Assembly: GCA_964016885.1 (NCBI GenBank)
Contig: OZ024742.1
Span: 235,786,001-235,850,000, forward strand
Direction: 5' to 3'
DNA from: Eledone cirrhosa
Taxonomy: Eukaryota
DNA: 64,000 bases
A program made the translations under genes and the position numbers. Positions within the stretch are counted from its first letter, which is position 1; every line of letters begins with the position of its first letter. Shown here piece after piece: positions 27,001 through 39,000 of this stretch. The notes beneath the pieces were generated by a model, which did no database searches, was not told where the DNA came from, and saw only the letters and a list, made by a program, of their open reading frames with translations.

Positions 27001-30000
27001 GGTGATGGTGTTGGTAGTGGTGGTGGTGTTGGTAGTGGTGATGGTGTTGGTAGTGGTGATGGTGTTGGTAGTGGTGATGGTGTTGGTAGTGGTGATGGTG
27101 TTGGTGTTGGTAGTGGTGATGGTGTTGGTAGTGGTGATGGTGTTGGTAGTGGTGATGGTGTTGGTAGTGGTGATGGTGTTGGTAGTGGTGATGGTGTTGG
27201 TAGTGGCGATGGTGTTGGTAGTGGTGATGGTGTTGGTAGTGGTGATGGTGTTGGTAGTGGTGATGGTGTTGGTAGTGGTGATGGTGTTGGTAGTGGTGAT
27301 GGTGTTGGTAGTGGTGATGGTGTTGGTAGTGGTGATGGTGTTGGTTGTGGTGATGGTGTTGGTTGTGGTGATGGTTTTGGTAGTGGTGGTGGTGTTGGTA
27401 GTGGTGGAGGTGTTGGTAGTGGTGATGGTGTTGGTTGTGGTGATGGTGTTGGTAGTGGTGATGGTGTTGGTAGTGGTGGTGGTGTTGGTAGTGGTGATGC
27501 TGTTGGTAGTGGTTGTGGTGTTGGTTGTGGTGATGGTGTTGGTTGTGGTGATGGTGTTGGTAGTGCTGGTGGTGTTGGTAGTGGTGATGGTGTTGGTAGT
27601 GGTGATGGTGTTGGTAGTGGTGATGGTGTTGGTAGTGGTGATGGTGTTGGTAGTGGTGATGGTGTTGGTTGTGGTGATGGTGTTGGTAGTGGTGATGGTG
27701 TTGGGTAGTGTTGGTGGTGTGGTTGGTGTGTTGGTGATGGTGTTGGTGGTGGGTTGTGTGTGTTGGTGTGGTGTTGGTAGTGTTGGTGTTGGTAGTGGTG
27801 TGTGGTGTTGGTGTGGTTGTTGGTGATGGTGTTGGTATGGTGTGGTGTTGGTTGTTGGTTGTAGTGGTATGGTGTTGGTAGTGGTGATGGTGTTGGTAGT
27901 GGTGGTTGGGTGTTGGTGATGGTGTTGGTAGTGGTGATGGTGTTGGTAGTGGTGATGGTGTTGGTGTTGGTAGTGGTGATGGTGTTGGTAGTGGTGATGG
28001 TGTTGGTAGTGGTGGTGGTGTTGGTAGTGGTGATGGTGTTGGTAGTGGTGATGGTGTTGGTGTTGGTAGTGGTGATGGTGTTGGTAGTGGTGATGGTGTT
28101 GGTAGTGGTGATGGTGTTGGTAGTGGTGATGGTGTTGGTAGTGGTGATGGTGTTGGTTGTGGTGATGGTGATGGTAGAAGTGATGGTGTTGGTAGTGGTG
28201 ATGGTGTTGGTTGTGGTGATGGTGTTGGTTGTGGTGATGGTGTTGGTAGTGGTGATGGTGTTGGTAGTGGTGGTGGTGTTGGTTGTGGTGATGGTGATGG
28301 TAGAAGTGATGGTGTTGGTAGTGGTGATGGTGTTGGTAGTGGTGATGGTGTTGGTTGTGGTGATGGTGTTGGTAGTGGTGATGGTGTTGGTAGTGGTGAT
28401 GGTGTTGGTAGTGGTGGTGGTGTTGGTAGTGGTGATGGTGTTGGAAGTCGTGATGGTGTTGGTAGTGGTGATGGTGTTAGTAGTGGTGATGGTGTTGGTA
28501 GTGGTGATGGTGTTGGTAGTGGTGGAGGTGTTGGTAGTGGTGATGGTGTTGGTAGTGGTGATGGTGTTGGTAGTGGTGATGGTGTTGGTAGTGGTGATGG
28601 TGTTGGTAGTGGTGATGGTGGTGGTAGTGGTGATGGTGTTGGTTGTGGTGATGGTGTTGGTAGTGGTGATGGTGTTTGTAGTGGTGGAGGTGTTGGTAGT
28701 GGTGATGGTGTTGGTACTGGTGATGGTGTTGTTTATGGTGATGGTGTTGGTAGTGGTGATGGTGTTGGTAGTGGTGGAGGTGTTGGTAGTGGTGATGGTG
28801 TTGGTAGTGGTGATGGTGTTGGTAGTGGTGGAGGTGTTGGTAGTGGTGATGGTGTTGGTACTGGTGATGGTGTTGGTTATGGTGATGGTGTTGGTAGTGG
28901 TGATGGTGTTGGTAGTGGTGGAGGTGTTGGTAGTGGTGATGGTGTTGGTAGTGGTGATGGTGTTGGTAGTGGTGGAGGTGTTGGTAGTGGTGATGGTGTT
29001 GGTAGTGGTGATGGTGATGGTAGTGGTGATGGTGTTGGTACTGGTGATGGTGTTGGTAGTGGTGATGGTGTTGGTTGTGGTGATGTAGTTGGTAGTGGTG
29101 ATGGTGTTGGTAGTGGTGATGGTGTTGGTTATGGTGATGGTGTTGGTTGTGGTGATGGTGTTGGTTGTGGTGATGTTGTTGGTAGTGGTGATGGTGTTGG
29201 TAGTGGTGATGGTGTTGGTAGTGGTGATGGTGTTGGTAGTGGTGGTGGTGTTGGTAGTGGTGATGGTGTTGGTTATGGTGATGGTGTTGGTTGTGGTGAT
29301 GGTGTTGGTAGTGGTGATGGTGTTGGTAGTGGTGGTGGTGTTGGTAGTGGTGATGGTGTTGGTAGTGGCGATGGTGTTGGTAGTGGTGATGGTGTTGGTA
29401 GTGGTGATGGTGTTGGTAGTGGTGATGGTGTTGGTAGTGGTGATGGTGTTGGTAGTGGTGATGGTGTTGGTAGTGGTGATGGTGTTGGTAGTGGTGATGG
29501 TGTTGGTTGTGGTGATGGTGTTGGTTGTGGTGATGGTGTTGGTAGTGGTGGTGGTGTTGGTAGTGGTGATGGTGTTGGTAGTGGTGGTGGTGTTGGTAGT
29601 GGTGATGGTGTTGGTAGTGGTTGTGGTGTTGGTTGTGGTGATGGTGTTGGTTGTGGTGATGGTGTTGGTAGTGGTGGTGGTGTTGGTAGTGGTGATGGTG
29701 TTGGTAGTGGTGATGGTGTTTGGTAGTGGCGAAGGTGTTGGTAGTGGTGATGGTGTTGGTAGTGGTGATGGTGTTGGTAGTGGTGATGGTGTTGGTAGTG
29801 GTGATGGTGTTGGTAGTGGTGATGGTGTTGGTAGTGGTGATGGTGTTGGTGTTGGTAGTGGTGATGGTGTTGGTAGTGGTGATGGTGTTGGTAGTGGTGG
29901 TGGTGTTGGTAGTGGTGATGGTGTTGGTAGTGGTGATGGTGTTGGTGTTGGTAGTGGTGATGGTGTTGGTAGTGGTGATGGTGTTGGTAGTGGTGATGGT

Positions 30001-33000
30001 GTTGGTAGTGGTGATGGTGTTGGTAGTGGTGATGGTGTTGGTAGTGGTGGTGGTGTTGGTAGTGGTGATGGTGTTGGTAGTGGTGATGGTGTTGGTAGTG
30101 GTGATGGTGTTGGTAGTGGTGATGGTGCTGGTAGTGGTGATGGTGTTGGTAGTGGTGATGGTGTTGGTAGTGGTGATGGTGTTGGTAGTGGTGATGGTGT
30201 TGGTGTTGGTAGTGGTGATGGTGTTGGTAGTGGTGATGGTGTTGGTAGTGGTGGTGGTGTTGGTAGTGGTGATGGTGTTGGTAGTGGTGATGGTGTTGGT
30301 GTTGGTAGTGGTGATGGTGTTGGTAGTGGTGATGGTGTTGGTAGTGGTGATGGTGTTGGTAGTGGTGATGGTGTTGGTAGTGGTGATGGTGTTGGTGTTG
30401 GTAGTGGTGATGCTGTTGGTAGTGGTGATGGTGTTGGTTGTGGTGAAGGTGTTGGTTGTGGTGATGGTGTTGGTAGTGGTGATGGTGTTGGTAGTGGTGA
30501 TGGTGTTGGTAGTGGTGATGGTGTTGGGTAGTGGTGATGGTGTTGGTAGTGTGGTGTGTGGTGTTGGTAGTGGTGATGGTGTTGGTAGTGGTGATGGTGT
30601 TGGTAGTGGTGATGGTGTTGGTAGTGGTGATGGTGTTGGTAGTGGTGATGGTGTTGGTAGTGGTGATGGTGTTGGTAGTGGTGATGGTGTGGTAGTGGTG
30701 ATGGTGTTGGTAGTGGTGATGGTGTTGGTAGTGGTGATGGTGTTGGTAGTGGTGATGGTGTTGGTAGTGGTGATGGTGTTGGTAGTGGTGATGGTGTTGG
30801 GTAGTGGTGATGGTGTTGGTGTGTGGTGATGGTGTTGGTAGTGGTGATGGTGTTGGTAGTGGTGATGGTGTTGGTAGTGGTGATGGTGTTGGTTGTGGTG
30901 ATGGTGTTGGTAGTGGTGATGGTGTTGGTAGTGGTGATGGTGTTGGTAGTGGTGATGGTGTTGGTAGTGGTGATGGTGTTGGTAGTGGGTGATGGTGTTG
31001 TAAGTGGTGATGGTGTTGGTAGTGGTGATGGTGTTGGTAGTGGTGGAGGTGTTGGTAGTGGTGATGGTGTTGGTGTGGTGATGTGTTGGTAGTGGTGATG
31101 GTGTTGGTAGTGGTGATGGTGTTGGTGTGGTTGGTAGTGGTGATGGTGTTGGTAGTGGTGATGGTGTTGGTAGTGGTGATGGTGTTGGTTGTGGTGATGG
31201 TGTTGGTAGTGGTGATGGTGTTGGTAGTGGTGATGGTGTTGGTAGTGGTGATGGTGTTGGTAGTGGTGGATGGTGTTGGTAGTGGTGATGGTGTTGGTTG
31301 TGGTGATGGTGTTGGTAGTGGTGATGGTGTTGGAGTCGTGATGGTGTTGGTAGTGGTGATGGTGTTGGTAGTGGTGATGGTGTTGGTAGTGGTGATGGTG
31401 TTGGTTGTGGTGATGGTGTTGGTAGTGGTGATGGTGTTGGTAGTGGTGATGGTGTTGGTAGTGGTGATGGTGTTGGTAGTGGTGATGGTGTTGGTAGTGG
31501 TGATGGTGTTGGGTAGTGGTGATGGTGTTGGTAGTGGTGGATGGTGTTGGTAGTGGTGATGGTGTTGGTAGTGGTGATGGTGTTGGTAGTGGTGATGGTG
31601 TTGGTAGTGGTGATGGTGTTGGTAGTGGTGATGGTGTTGGTAGTGGTGATGGTGTTGGTAGTGGTGATGGTGTTGGTAGTGGTGATGGTGTTGGTAGTGG
31701 TGATGGTGTTGTAGTGGTGGATGTGTTGGTAGTGGTGATGGTGTTGGTTGTGGTGATGGTGTTGGTAGTGGTGATGGTGTTGGTAGTGGTGATGGTGTTG
31801 GTAGTGGTGATGGTGTTGGTACTGGTGATGGTGTTGGTAGTGGTGATGGTGTTGGTAGTGGTGATGGTGTTGGTAGTGGTGATGGTGTTGGTTGTGGTGA
31901 TGGTGTTGGTAGTGGTGATGGTGTTGGTAGTGGTGATGGTGTTGGTAGTGGTGATGGTGTTGGTAGTGGTGAGGTGTTGGTAGTGGTGATGGTGTTGGTA
32001 GTGGTGATGGTGTTGGTAGTGGTGAGGTGTTGGTAGTGGTGATGGTGTTGGTTGTGGTGATGGTGTTGGTAGTGGTGATGGTGTTGGTAGTGGTGATGGT
32101 GTTGGTTGTGGTGTTGGTTGATGGTAGTGGTGATGGTGTTGGTAGTGGTGATGGTGTTGGTTGTGGTGATGGTGTTGGTAGAGTGATGGTGTTCTTAGTG
32201 GTGATGGTGTTGGTTGTGGTGATGGTGTTGGTAGTGGTGATGGTGTTGGTAGTGGTGATGGTGTTGGTAGTGGTGATGGTGTTGGTTGTGGTGATGGTGT
32301 TGGTAGTGGTGGATGGTGTTGGTAGTGGTGATGGTGTTGGTAGTGGTGATGGTGTTGGTTGTTGTGGTGATGGTGTTGGTGTGGTAGTGGTGATGGTGTT
32401 GGTAGTGGTGATGGTGTTGGTAGTGGTGGTGGTGTTGGTAGTGGTGATGGTGTTGGTAGTGGGTGTTGGTGTTGGTGTTGGTAGTGGTGATGGTGTTGGT
32501 AGTGGTGATGGTGTTGGTAGTGGTGATGGTGTTGTGGTAGTGGTGATGGTGTTGGTAGTGGTGATGGTGTTGGTTGTGGTGATGGTGATGGTAGAAGTGA
32601 TGGTGTTGGTAAGTGGTGATGGTGTTGGTTGTGGTGATGGTGTTGGTTAGTGGTGATGGTGTTGGTAGTGGTGATGGTGTTGGTAGTGTGGTTGGTTGTT
32701 GGTTGTGGTGATGGTGATGGTAGAAGTGATGGTGTTGGTAGTGGTGATGGTGTTGGTAGTAGGTGATGGTGTTGGGTGGTGATGGTGTTGGTAGTGGTGG
32801 TGGTGTTGGTAGTGGTGATGGTGTTGGAAGTCGTGATGGTGTTGGTAGTGGTGATGGTGTTAGTAGTGGTGATGGTGTTGGTAGTGGTGATGGTGTTGGT
32901 AGTGGTGGAGGTGTTGGTAGTGGTGATGGTGTTGGTAGTGGTGATGGTGTTGGTAGTGGTGATGGTGTTGGTAGTGGTGATGGTGTTGGTAGTGGTGATG

Positions 33001-36000
33001 GTGGTGGTAGTGGTGATGGTGTTGGTTGTGGTGATGGTGTTGGTAGTGGTGATGGTGTTTGTAGTGGTGGAGGTGTTGGTAGTGGTGATGGTGTTGGTAC
33101 TGGTGATGGTGTTGTTTATGGTGATGGTGTTGGTAGTGGTGATGGTGTTGGTAGTGGTGGAGGTGTTGGTAGTGGTGATGGTGTTGGTAGTGGTGATGGT
33201 GTTGGTAGTGGTGGAGGTGTTGGTAGTGGTGATGGTGTTGGTACTGGTGATGGTGTTGGTTATGGTGATGGTGTTGGTAGTGGTGATGGTGTTGGTAGTG
33301 GTGGAGGTGTTGGTAGTGGTGATGGTGTTGTAGTGGTGATGGTGTTGGTAGTGGTGGAGGTGTGGTAGTGGTGATGGTGTTGGTAGTGGTGATGGTGATG
33401 GTAGTGGTGATGGTGTTGGTACTGGTGATGGTGTTGGTAGTGGTGATGGTGTTGGTTGTGGTGATGTAGTTGGTAGTGGTGATGGTGTTGGTAGTGGTGA
33501 TGGTGTTGGTTATGGTGATGGTGTTGGTTGTGGTGATGGTGTTGGTTGTGGTGATGTTGTTGGTAGTGGTGATGGTGTTGGTAGTGGTGATGGTGTTGGT
33601 AGTGGTGATGGTGTTGGTAGTGGTGGTGGTGTTGGTAGTGGTGATGGTGTTGGTTATGGTGATGGTGTTGGTTGTGGTGATGGTGTTGGTAGTGGTGATG
33701 GTGTTGGTAGTGGTGGTGGTGTTGGTAGTGGTGATGGTGTTGGTAGTGGCGATGGTGTTGGTAGTGGTGATGGTGTTGGTAGTGGTGATGGTGTTGGTAG
33801 TGGTGATGGTGTTGGTAGTGGTGATGGTGTTGGTAGTGGTGATGGTGTTGGTAGTGGTGATGGTGTTGGTAGTGGTGATGGTGTTGGTTGTGGTGATGGT
33901 GTTGGTTGTGGTGATGGTGTTGGTAGTGGTGGTGGTGTTGGTAGTGGTGATGGTGTTGGTAGTGGTGGTGGTGTTGGTAGTGGTGATGGTGTTGGTAGTG
34001 GTTGTGGTGTTGGTTGTGGTGATGGTGTTGGTTGTGGTGATGGTGTTGGTAGTGGTGGTGGTGTTGGTAGTGGTGATGGTGTTGGTAGTGGTGATGGTGT
34101 TTGGTAGTGGCGAAGGTGTTGGTAGTGGTGATGGTGTTGGTAGTGGTGATGGTGTTGGTAGTGGTGATGGTGTTGTAGTGGTGATGGTGTTGGTAGTGGT
34201 GATGGTGTTGGTAGTGGTGATGGTGTTGGTGTTGGTAGTGGTGATGGTGTTGGTAGTGGTGATGGTGTTGGTAGTGGTGGTGGTGTTGGTAGTGGTGATG
34301 GTGTTGGTAGTGTGATGGTGTTGGTGTTGGTAGTGGTGATGGTGTTGGTAGTGGTGATGGTGTTGGTAGTGGTGATGGTGTTGGTAGTGGTGATGGTGTT
34401 GGTAGTGGTGATGGTGTTGGTAGTGGTGGTGGTGTTGGTAGTGGTGATGGTGTTGGTAGTGGTGATGGTGTTGGTAGTGGCGATGGTGTTGGTAGTGGTG
34501 ATGGTGCTGGTAGTGGTGATGGTGTTGGTAGTGGTGATGGTGTTGGTAGTGGTGATGGTGTTGGTAGTGGTGATGGTGTTGGTGTTGGTAGTGGTGATGG
34601 TGTTGGTAGTGGTGATGGTGTTGGTAGTGGTGGTGTGTTGGTAGTGGTGATGGTGTTGGTAGTGGTGATGGTGTTGGTGTTGGTAGTGGTGATGGTGTTG
34701 GTAGTGGTGATGGTGTTGGTAGTGGTGATGGTGTTGGTAGTGGTGATGGTGTTGGTAGTGGTGATGGTGTTGGTGTTGGTAGTGGTGATGCTGTTGGTAG
34801 TGGTGATGGTGTTGGTTGTGGTGAAGGTGTTGGTTGTGGTGATGGTGTTGGTAGTGGTGATGGTGTTGGTAGTGGTGATGGTGTTGGTAGTGGTGATGGT
34901 GTTGGTAGTGGTGATGGTGTTGGTAGTGGTGATGGTGTTGGTAGTGGTGATGGTGTTGGTTGTGGTGATGGTGTTGTAGTGGTGATGGTGTTGGTAGTGG
35001 TGATGGTGTTGGTAGTGGTGATGGTGATGGTAGTGGTGATGGTGTTGGTAGTGGTGATGGTGCTTGGTAGTGGTGATGGTGTTGGTAGTGGTGATGGTGT
35101 TGGTAGTGGTGATGGTGTTGGTAGTGGTGATGGTGTTGGTTGTGGTGATGGTGTTGGTAGTGGTGATGGTGTTGTAGTGGTGATGGTGTTGGTAGTGGTG
35201 ATGGTGTTAGTAGTGGTGATGGTGTTGGTTGTGGTGATGGTGTTGGTAGTGGTGATGGTGTTGGTTGTGGTGATGGTGTTGGTAGTGGTGATGGTGTTGG
35301 TAGTGGTGATGGTGTTGGTAGTGGTGATGGTGTTGGTAGTGGTGATGGTGTTGGTAGTGGTGATGGTGTTAGTAGTGGTGATGGTGTTGGTAGTGGTGAT
35401 GGTGTTGGTAGTGGTGGAGGTGTTGGTAGTGGTGATGGTGTTGGTTGTGGTGATGGTGTTGGTAGTGGTGATGGTGTTGGTAGTGGTGATGGTGTTGGTA
35501 GTGGTGATGGTGTTGGTTGTGGTGATGGTGTTGGTAGTGGTGATGGTGTTGGTTGTGGTGATGGTGTTGGTAGTGGTGATGGTGTTGGTACTGGTGATGG
35601 TGTTGGTAGTGGTGATGGTGTTGGTAGTGGTGGAGGTGTTGGTAGTGGTGATGGTGTTGGTTGTGGTGATGGTGTTGGTAGTGGTGATGGTGTTGGAAGT
35701 CGTGATGGTGTTGGTAGTGGTGATGGTGTTGGTAGTGGTGATGGTGTTGGTAGTGGTGATGGTGTTGGTTGTGGTGATGGTGTTGGTAGTGGTGATGGTG
35801 TTGGTAGTGGTGATGGTGTTGGTAGTGGTGATGGTGTTGGTAGTGGTGATGGTGTTGGTACTGGTGATGGTGTTGGTAGTGGTGATGGTGTTGGTAGTGG
35901 TGGAGGTGTTGGTAGTGGTGATGGTGTTGGTTGTGGTGATGGTGTTGGTAGTGGTGATGGTGTTGGTAGTGGTGATGGTGTTGGTAGTGGTGATGGTGTT

Positions 36001-39000
36001 GGTACTGGTGATGGTGTTGGTAGTGGTGATGGTGTTGGTACTGGTGATGGTGTTGGTAGTGGTGATGGTGTTGGTAGTGGTGGAGGTGTTGGTAGTGGTG
36101 ATGGTGTTGGTTGTGGTGATGGTGTTGGTAGTGGTGATGGTGTTGGTAGTGGTGATGGTGTTGGTAGTGGTGATGGTGTTGGTACTGGTGATGGTGTTGG
36201 TAGTGGTGATGGTGTTGGTAGTGGTGGAGGTGTTGGTAGTGGTGATGGTGTTGGTTGTGGTGATGGTGTTGGTAGTGGTGATGGTGTTGGTAGTGGTGAT
36301 GGTGTTGGTAGTGGTGATGGTGTTGGTAGTGGTGGAGGTGTTGGTAGTGGTGATGGTGTTGGTAGTGGTGATGGTGTTGGTAGTGGTGGAGGTGTTGGTA
36401 GTGGTGATGGTGTTGGTTGTGGTGATGGTGATGGTAGAAGTGATGGTGTTGGTAGTGGTGATGGTGTTGGTTGTGGTGATGGTGATGGTAGTGGTGATGG
36501 TGTTGGTAGTGGTGATGGTGTTGGTTGTGGTGATGGTGATGGTAGAAGTGATGGTGTTCTTAGTGGTGATGGTGTTGGTTGTGGTGATGGTGTTGGTAGT
36601 GGTGATGGTGTTGGTAGTGGTGATGGTGTTGGTAGTGGTGATGGTGTTGGTTGTGGTGATGGTGTTGGTAGTGGTGGTGGTGTTGGTAGTGGTGATGGTG
36701 TTGGTAGTGGTGATGGTGTTGGTAGTGGTGATGGTGTTAGTAGTGGTGATGGTGTTGGTAGTGGTGGAGGTGTTGGTAGTGGTGATGGTGTTGGTAGTGG
36801 TGATGGTGTTGGTAGTGGTGATGGTGTTGGAAGTCGTGATGGTGTTGGTAGTGGTGATGGTGTTAGTAGTGGTGATGGTGTTGGTAGTGGTGATGGTGTT
36901 GGTAGTGGTGGAGGTGTTGGTAGTGGTGATGGTGTTGGTAGTGGTGGTGGTGTTGGTAGTGGTGATGGTGTTGGAAGTCGTGATGGTGTTGGTAGTGGTG
37001 ATGGTGTTAGTAGTGGTGATGGTGTTGGTAGTGGTGATGGTGTTGGTAGTGGTGGAGGTGTTGGTAGTGGTGATGGTGTTGGTAGTGGTGGTGGTGTTGG
37101 TAGTGGTGATGGTGTTGGTAGTGGTGATGGTGTTGGTAGTGGTGGAGGTGTTGGTAGTGGTGATGGTGTTGGTAGTGGTGATGGTGTTGGTGTGGTGGAG
37201 GTGTTGGTAGTGGTGATGGTGTTGGTAGTGGTGATGGTGTTGGTAGTGGTGGAGGTGTTGGTAGTGGTGATGGTGTTGGTAGTGGTGGTGGTGTTGGTAG
37301 TGGTGATGGTGTTGGAAGTCGTGATGGTGTTGGTAGTGGTGATGGTGTTAGTAGTGGTGATGGTGTTGGTAGTGGTGATGGTGTTGGTAGTGGTGGAGGT
37401 GTTGGTAGTGGTGATGGTGTTGGTAGTGGTGATGGTGTTGGTAGTGGTGATGGTGTTGGTAGTGGTGATGGTGATGGTAGTGGTGATGGTGTTGGTTGTG
37501 GTGATGGTGTTGGTAGTGGTGGAGGTGTTGGTAGTGGTGATGGTGTTGGTACTGGTGATGGTGTTGGTTATGGTGATGGTGTTGGTAGTGGTGATGGTGT
37601 TGGTTGTGGTGATGTTGTTGGTAGTGGTGATGGTGTTGGTAGTGGTGATGGTGTTGGTAGTGGTGATGGTGTTGGTAGTGGTGATGTTGTTGGTAGTGGT
37701 GATGGTGTTGGTAGTGGTGGAGGTGTTGGTTGTGGTGATGGTGTTGGTAGTGGTGATGGTGTTGGTAGTGGTGGAGGTGTTGGTAGTGGTGATGGTGTTG
37801 GTAGTGGTGATGGTGTTGGTAGTGGTGGTGGTGTTGGTAGTGGTGATGGTGTTGGTACTGGTGATGGTGTTGGTAGTGGTGATGGTGTTGGTTATGGTGA
37901 TGGTGTTGGTTGTGGTGATGGTGTTGGTTGTGGTGATGTTGTTGGTAGTGGTGATGGTGTTGGTAGTGGTGATGGTGTTGGTAGTGGTGATGGTGTTGGT
38001 AGTGGTGGTGGTGTTGGTAGTGGTGATGGTGTTGGTAGTGGTGATGGTGTTGGTAGTGGTGATGGTGTTGGTAGTGGTAATGGTGTTGGTGTTGGTAGTG
38101 GTGATGGTGTTGGTAGTGGTGATGGTGTTGGTAGTGGTGATGGTGTTGGTAGTGGTGATGGTGTTGGTAGTGGTGATGGTGTTGGTAGTGGCGATGGTGT
38201 TGGTAGTGGTGATGGTGTTGGTAGTGGTGATGGTGTTGGTAGTGGTGATGGTGTTGGTAGTGGTGATGGTGTTGGTAGTGGTGATGGTGTTGGTAGTGGT
38301 GATGGTGTTGGTAGTGGTGATGGTGTTGGTTGTGGTGATGGTGTTGGTTGTGGTGATGGTTTTGGTAGTGGTGGTGGTGTTGGTAGTGGTGGAGGTGTTG
38401 GTAGTGGTGATGGTGTTGGTTGTGGTGATGGTGTTGGTAGTGGTGATGGTGTTGGTAGTGGTGGTGGTGTTGGTAGTGGTGATGCTGTTGGTAGTGGTTG
38501 TGGTGTTGGTTGTGGTGATGGTGTTGGTTGTGGTGATGGTGTTGGTAGTGCTGGTGGTGTTGGTAGTGGTGATGGTGTTGGTAGTGGTGATGGTGTTGGT
38601 AGTGGTGATGGTGTTGGTAGTGGTGATGGTGTTGGTAGTGGTGATGGTGTTGGTTGTGGTGATGGTGTTGGTAGTGGTGATGGTGTTGGTAGTGGTGGTG
38701 GTGTTGGTAGTGGTGATGGTGTTGGTAGTGGTTGTGGTGTTGGTTGTGGTGATGGTGTTGGTTGTGGTGATGGTGTTGGTAGTGGTGGTGGTGTTGTTAG
38801 TGGTGATGGTGTTGGTAGTGGTGATGGTGTTGGTAGTGGCGATGGTGTTGGTAGTGGTGATGGTGTTGGTAGTGGTGATGGTGTTGGTAGTGGTGATGGT
38901 GTTGGTAGTGGTGATGGTGTTGGTAGTGGTGATGGTGTTGGTAGTGGTGATGGTGTTGGTGTTGGTAGTGGTGATGGTGTTGGTAGTGGTGATGGTGTTG